DNA of 64,000 nt from Nannocystis bainbridge (lineage in GTDB: Bacteria > Myxococcota_A > Polyangia > Nannocystales > Nannocystaceae), in NCBI RefSeq assembly GCF_028368995.1, contig NZ_JAQNDL010000002.1, positions 1,824,001 through 1,888,000 of the forward strand, written 5' to 3'. Numbering within the stretch: position 1 is the first letter of the stretch; every line of letters starts with the position of its first letter. Positions 61,362-64,000 of the stretch are shown here, piece by piece. The notes under the pieces are model-generated. The model worked only from the letters and a program-made list of their open reading frames with translations. It searched no databases and was not told where the DNA came from. The position numbers were made by a program, and so were the translations under genes.

Positions 61362-62214
61362 TCACTCGGCGGCCGCCGTCGACTCCGCGCGAGCCAGCAG
61401 CGCCGCTCGCCGGGCCCGGCTCAAGTACAAGAAATTCGCCGGCAGCCCGAAGCGCAGCGGCGCCTGCGTCGCCGGCGAGTCCTTCGCCGGGAAGCGCTCT
61501 GCCAGCGCCGCCGCCGCGCGCACGAGCGTGCGGTCGATCGCCCCGAGGTCGTACTCGGCCCCGAGCTGCAGCTTCGCGCGGACTGGCGGCGGCACGATCG
61601 ACACCGCGGCGCGGGCGACCGCGCGGTAGAAGAACCCGAGCCCGCGGGCCCAGTCGGTCCATCATCGCCGCGAAGTCGGCCTCGCACGTGAGCACGTTCT
61701 GGACCCCGTAGAGGCGGGCGACCGGACCGCTCTCGGCGAAGTAGCGGTCGCGGTCGGCGGCGGACACCGGGGCGACGAAGCGGTCGTACGCGGTGAGGAA
61801 CCCGTAGACCGCGGTCGCGCTGACCCAGTCGAGCAGCTCCGGGTCGAGCGCCCGGTACGGTTCACCGGCCGGCGTCGCGCCGTTGACCTTCGCGTGCAGC
61901 TTGTTGACGCCGGCGATCACCCGCCGCGCTGCGCTCTGCGGCCCGAACGCGCCGACCATCGCCGCGATCGCGGTCCGCCGCGAGCGACCGACCGGGTCGG
62001 CCTTGTACGTCGAGTGGTCCCATACGCCGCTGCGGATCCGCGCGTCCGCGAACTCGAGCAGCACCGCCGCGATGCCGCCGATCGCCAGCGCCACCGGGTT
62101 CTTGTAGATGCGCCAGTGGACCGAGTCCGGGCCGACGAAGCCGGGCTCGCCCCGCGGGTTCGCGTAGTCGATCTGCCAGCCCATGTACCGCGCCCGCGAA
62201 TCACTGGAGCCCAT
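61362..62214 (-). pseudogene. Oxygenase MpaB/DUF2236 family, frameshifted
   Basis: MGSSDSRARY...GVWDHS...YRALDPELLDWV...MMDRLGPR is in one frame; GLGFFYRAVARAAVSIVPP...PANFLY continues in another frame from about 61645. Confidence 0.75.
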
Positions 62215-62309
62215 GCCGCACCTCCCGAGGACAGCGATCGTATGACCGTCCTTCGCGCCGCGGGCAAGCCTCGCCGCGAGCGGGCCCGCGCTCAGAGTCA
62301 CGTCGGGGG

Positions 62310-62379
62310 CCGTCCTAGTCACATGTTCCTTCAGACATGCTCTTTCGAACATGCCTTCGAGGCCATGTCCGGGGCGGCT
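62310..62379. repeat. 14-bp palindrome array (5 units)
   Basis: ccgtcctagtcaca|tgttccttcagaca|tgctctttcgaaca|tgccttcgaggcca|tgtccggggcggct. Confidence 0.85.
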
Positions 62380-62573
62380 CCCCGCCCCCACGCGTGCTCG
62401 GTGTCGGCGCGGCGTGCCGAAGCGCGAGAGACTGCGCCGCTGCGCCGCGAGTCCTGGTCTCGCCGGTGGTCGGCGGCGGCAGCAAGAGCGGCGGCGCCCT
62501 CGCTCGCGACCCAAACGCGAAGGGCCCGCGCCGCAGCGGCGCGAGCCCTCGCTCGGGACGGCCTGCGTCGGCC

Positions 62574-63839
62574 TCAGAAGTTGAAGCCGAAGCCGAAGCC
62601 CTGCATGCCGCGGCTGAGGATCGGGCCGCCGCGGACGTTCTGGATCCGCGACACCGACTTGAGGCTCTTCTCGGTCTTGATGAAGTCCTTCGCGTCGGTG
62701 CGGTCCTGGTAGATGATGACCGCGAGCACGCCGGCGAGCAGGACGGTGGTGAGCAGGGCGACGTCGCCGCCGATCAGGCGGTTGCGCATCGTGTTGCCCT
62801 TGTCGGCCACGTCCGAGGCCATGGCGGTGTACTCCTGGGACTGCAGCGGGTCCGTCTTGTCGAGCTTCGAGTTGTTGAGGTCGTCGAGCGCCGACTTGTA
62901 CGGGCCGCGGGCCGCGAGGCCCAGCGAGTAGAAGATGCCGGTGGTGAGCAGGGCGCCGGCGGTGAGGCCGAGGGCCACCCACGCGCGGGTCTGGAAGTAG
63001 CCGAACACCGGGCCGCGCTTGCACACCGGGCGCAGGTCCTTGGGGTCGTCCTTGTTGACGCGCGGCTTGGGCGGGCCGTTGCGGCAGAAGTCCTTGAAGT
63101 CCTTCTTGAGGTCGACCTTGACGTTGCTGGTGTCGATGAGCTCACCCTGGCCGGCCGCGACCTTGCCGACGGCGTCGTCGATCGCCGCCTTCTCGGCCGC
63201 CAGCTCCTCGGGGGTCTTGGCCGGCTCGTCGAGCTCGGCGAGGATCTTCTGCTCCTCGGCCGTGGCCGGGGCGACGGGCGTGCGATAGTTGTTGAGCGTC
63301 GTGACCATCGCCCGCGGCAGCGCGAGCGGGAGGATCAGGTCGTCGGGGTTGATCGTCGGCGTGAACTCCTTGACCTTGGCCTTCTTGGCGACGTCGTAGA
63401 CGACGATCGAGCTCGGCGTGGTCGGCCCGCCGACGGTGCCGTAGATCAGGTAGTCGTAGCCGGTGCCCGACTTGGCGGCGCCCTTGTTGAGCCACTCGAT
63501 GACCTTGCCGACGCACGCGTCGGCCCCGCCCTTGCACTTGACCTTGCCGGCGGCGCCGTCGATGTCGAGCGCGACACCCTTGACGGTGTAACCGGCGGCG
63601 CTCATGTCGGTCAGGATCTGCGAGCGCAGCCCCTCGGCCGCCGCCGGGTCGCCGCTCAGGCGAAACAAACCGATCGTGTTGCCGGTCGAAGCAGGAGCCG
63701 GCGCCGCGGCGAACATGCCGAAGGACGCCGGCGAGGACGCAGCCGCGGGCAACGGCGAGAAGGCGAGCGCCGCACAGAGGACGCCGGTAAAGGCGCGGAG
63801 GAGCGGCGACGGGCGAGACGACGTGATGGCTGCGGTCAT
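62574..63839 (-). CDS. Hypothetical secreted/membrane protein
   Basis: Signal-like N-terminus, two TM helices near the C-terminus, ends GFGFGFNF; strong codon bias. Confidence 0.8.
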   Translation of the reverse strand: MTAAITSSRPSPLLRAFTGVLCAALAFSPLPAAASSPASFGMFAAAPAPASTGNTIGLFRLSGDPAAAEGLRSQILTDMSAAGYTVKGVALDIDGAAGKVKCKGGADACVGKVIEWLNKGAAKSGTGYDYLIYGTVGGPTTPSSIVVYDVAKKAKVKEFTPTINPDDLILPLALPRAMVTTLNNYRTPVAPATAEEQKILAELDEPAKTPEELAAEKAAIDDAVGKVAAGQGELIDTSNVKVDLKKDFKDFCRNGPPKPRVNKDDPKDLRPVCKRGPVFGYFQTRAWVALGLTAGALLTTGIFYSLGLAARGPYKSALDDLNNSKLDKTDPLQSQEYTAMASDVADKGNTMRNRLIGGDVALLTTVLLAGVLAVIIYQDRTDAKDFIKTEKSLKSVSRIQNVRGGPILSRGMQGFGFGFNF

Positions 63840-64000
63840 GTGGCGGGTCGGGGAAGCGCGGGGATGATAGCGGTCTGATTTTGCCCTGGAAAGCCCCACG
63901 ATCATGACCGGGGCTCAGGGGTCGCCGAATCCGACGCGGAACGGACCCGCGGGACCAGCACGAGGCCTGCGAGGGTGATCAGGACCCCGACCCCGAGGGC

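Overview
This is a very GC-rich bacterial chromosomal segment. MYXO-CTERM-like tails, Cys-rich repeat lipoproteins and an RsbR-type STAS protein point to a myxobacterium, possibly Nannocystaceae (inference). It carries the Na+-NQR operon nqr(A)BCDEF-apbE-nqrM, a nadD-DUF2520 fusion, namZ, PBP1A, purK/purE, miaB, a PpiC-type PPIase, an M16 peptidase, a ceramidase-family lipoprotein, a LytS/LytTR pair with upstream 21-bp-period operator repeats, an EACC1-like/caspase pair, a beta-barrel plus 13-heme cytochrome c pair, an atypical tRNA-Arg(UCG) and a frameshifted MpaB/DUF2236 gene. No integrase, transposase or CRISPR array was recognised. The most striking unexplained signal is a degenerate 14-bp palindrome, TGTCC-N4-GGACA (extended CMTGTCC-N4-GGACAKG). 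It forms strictly phased head-to-tail arrays of 2-9 units in about 16 intergenic regions, and occurs as 1-3 unit copies inside many genes, where it overrides GC-rich codon usage. This looks like a chromosome-wide protein-binding or DNA-organisation system. All calls were made by eye, without database searches.
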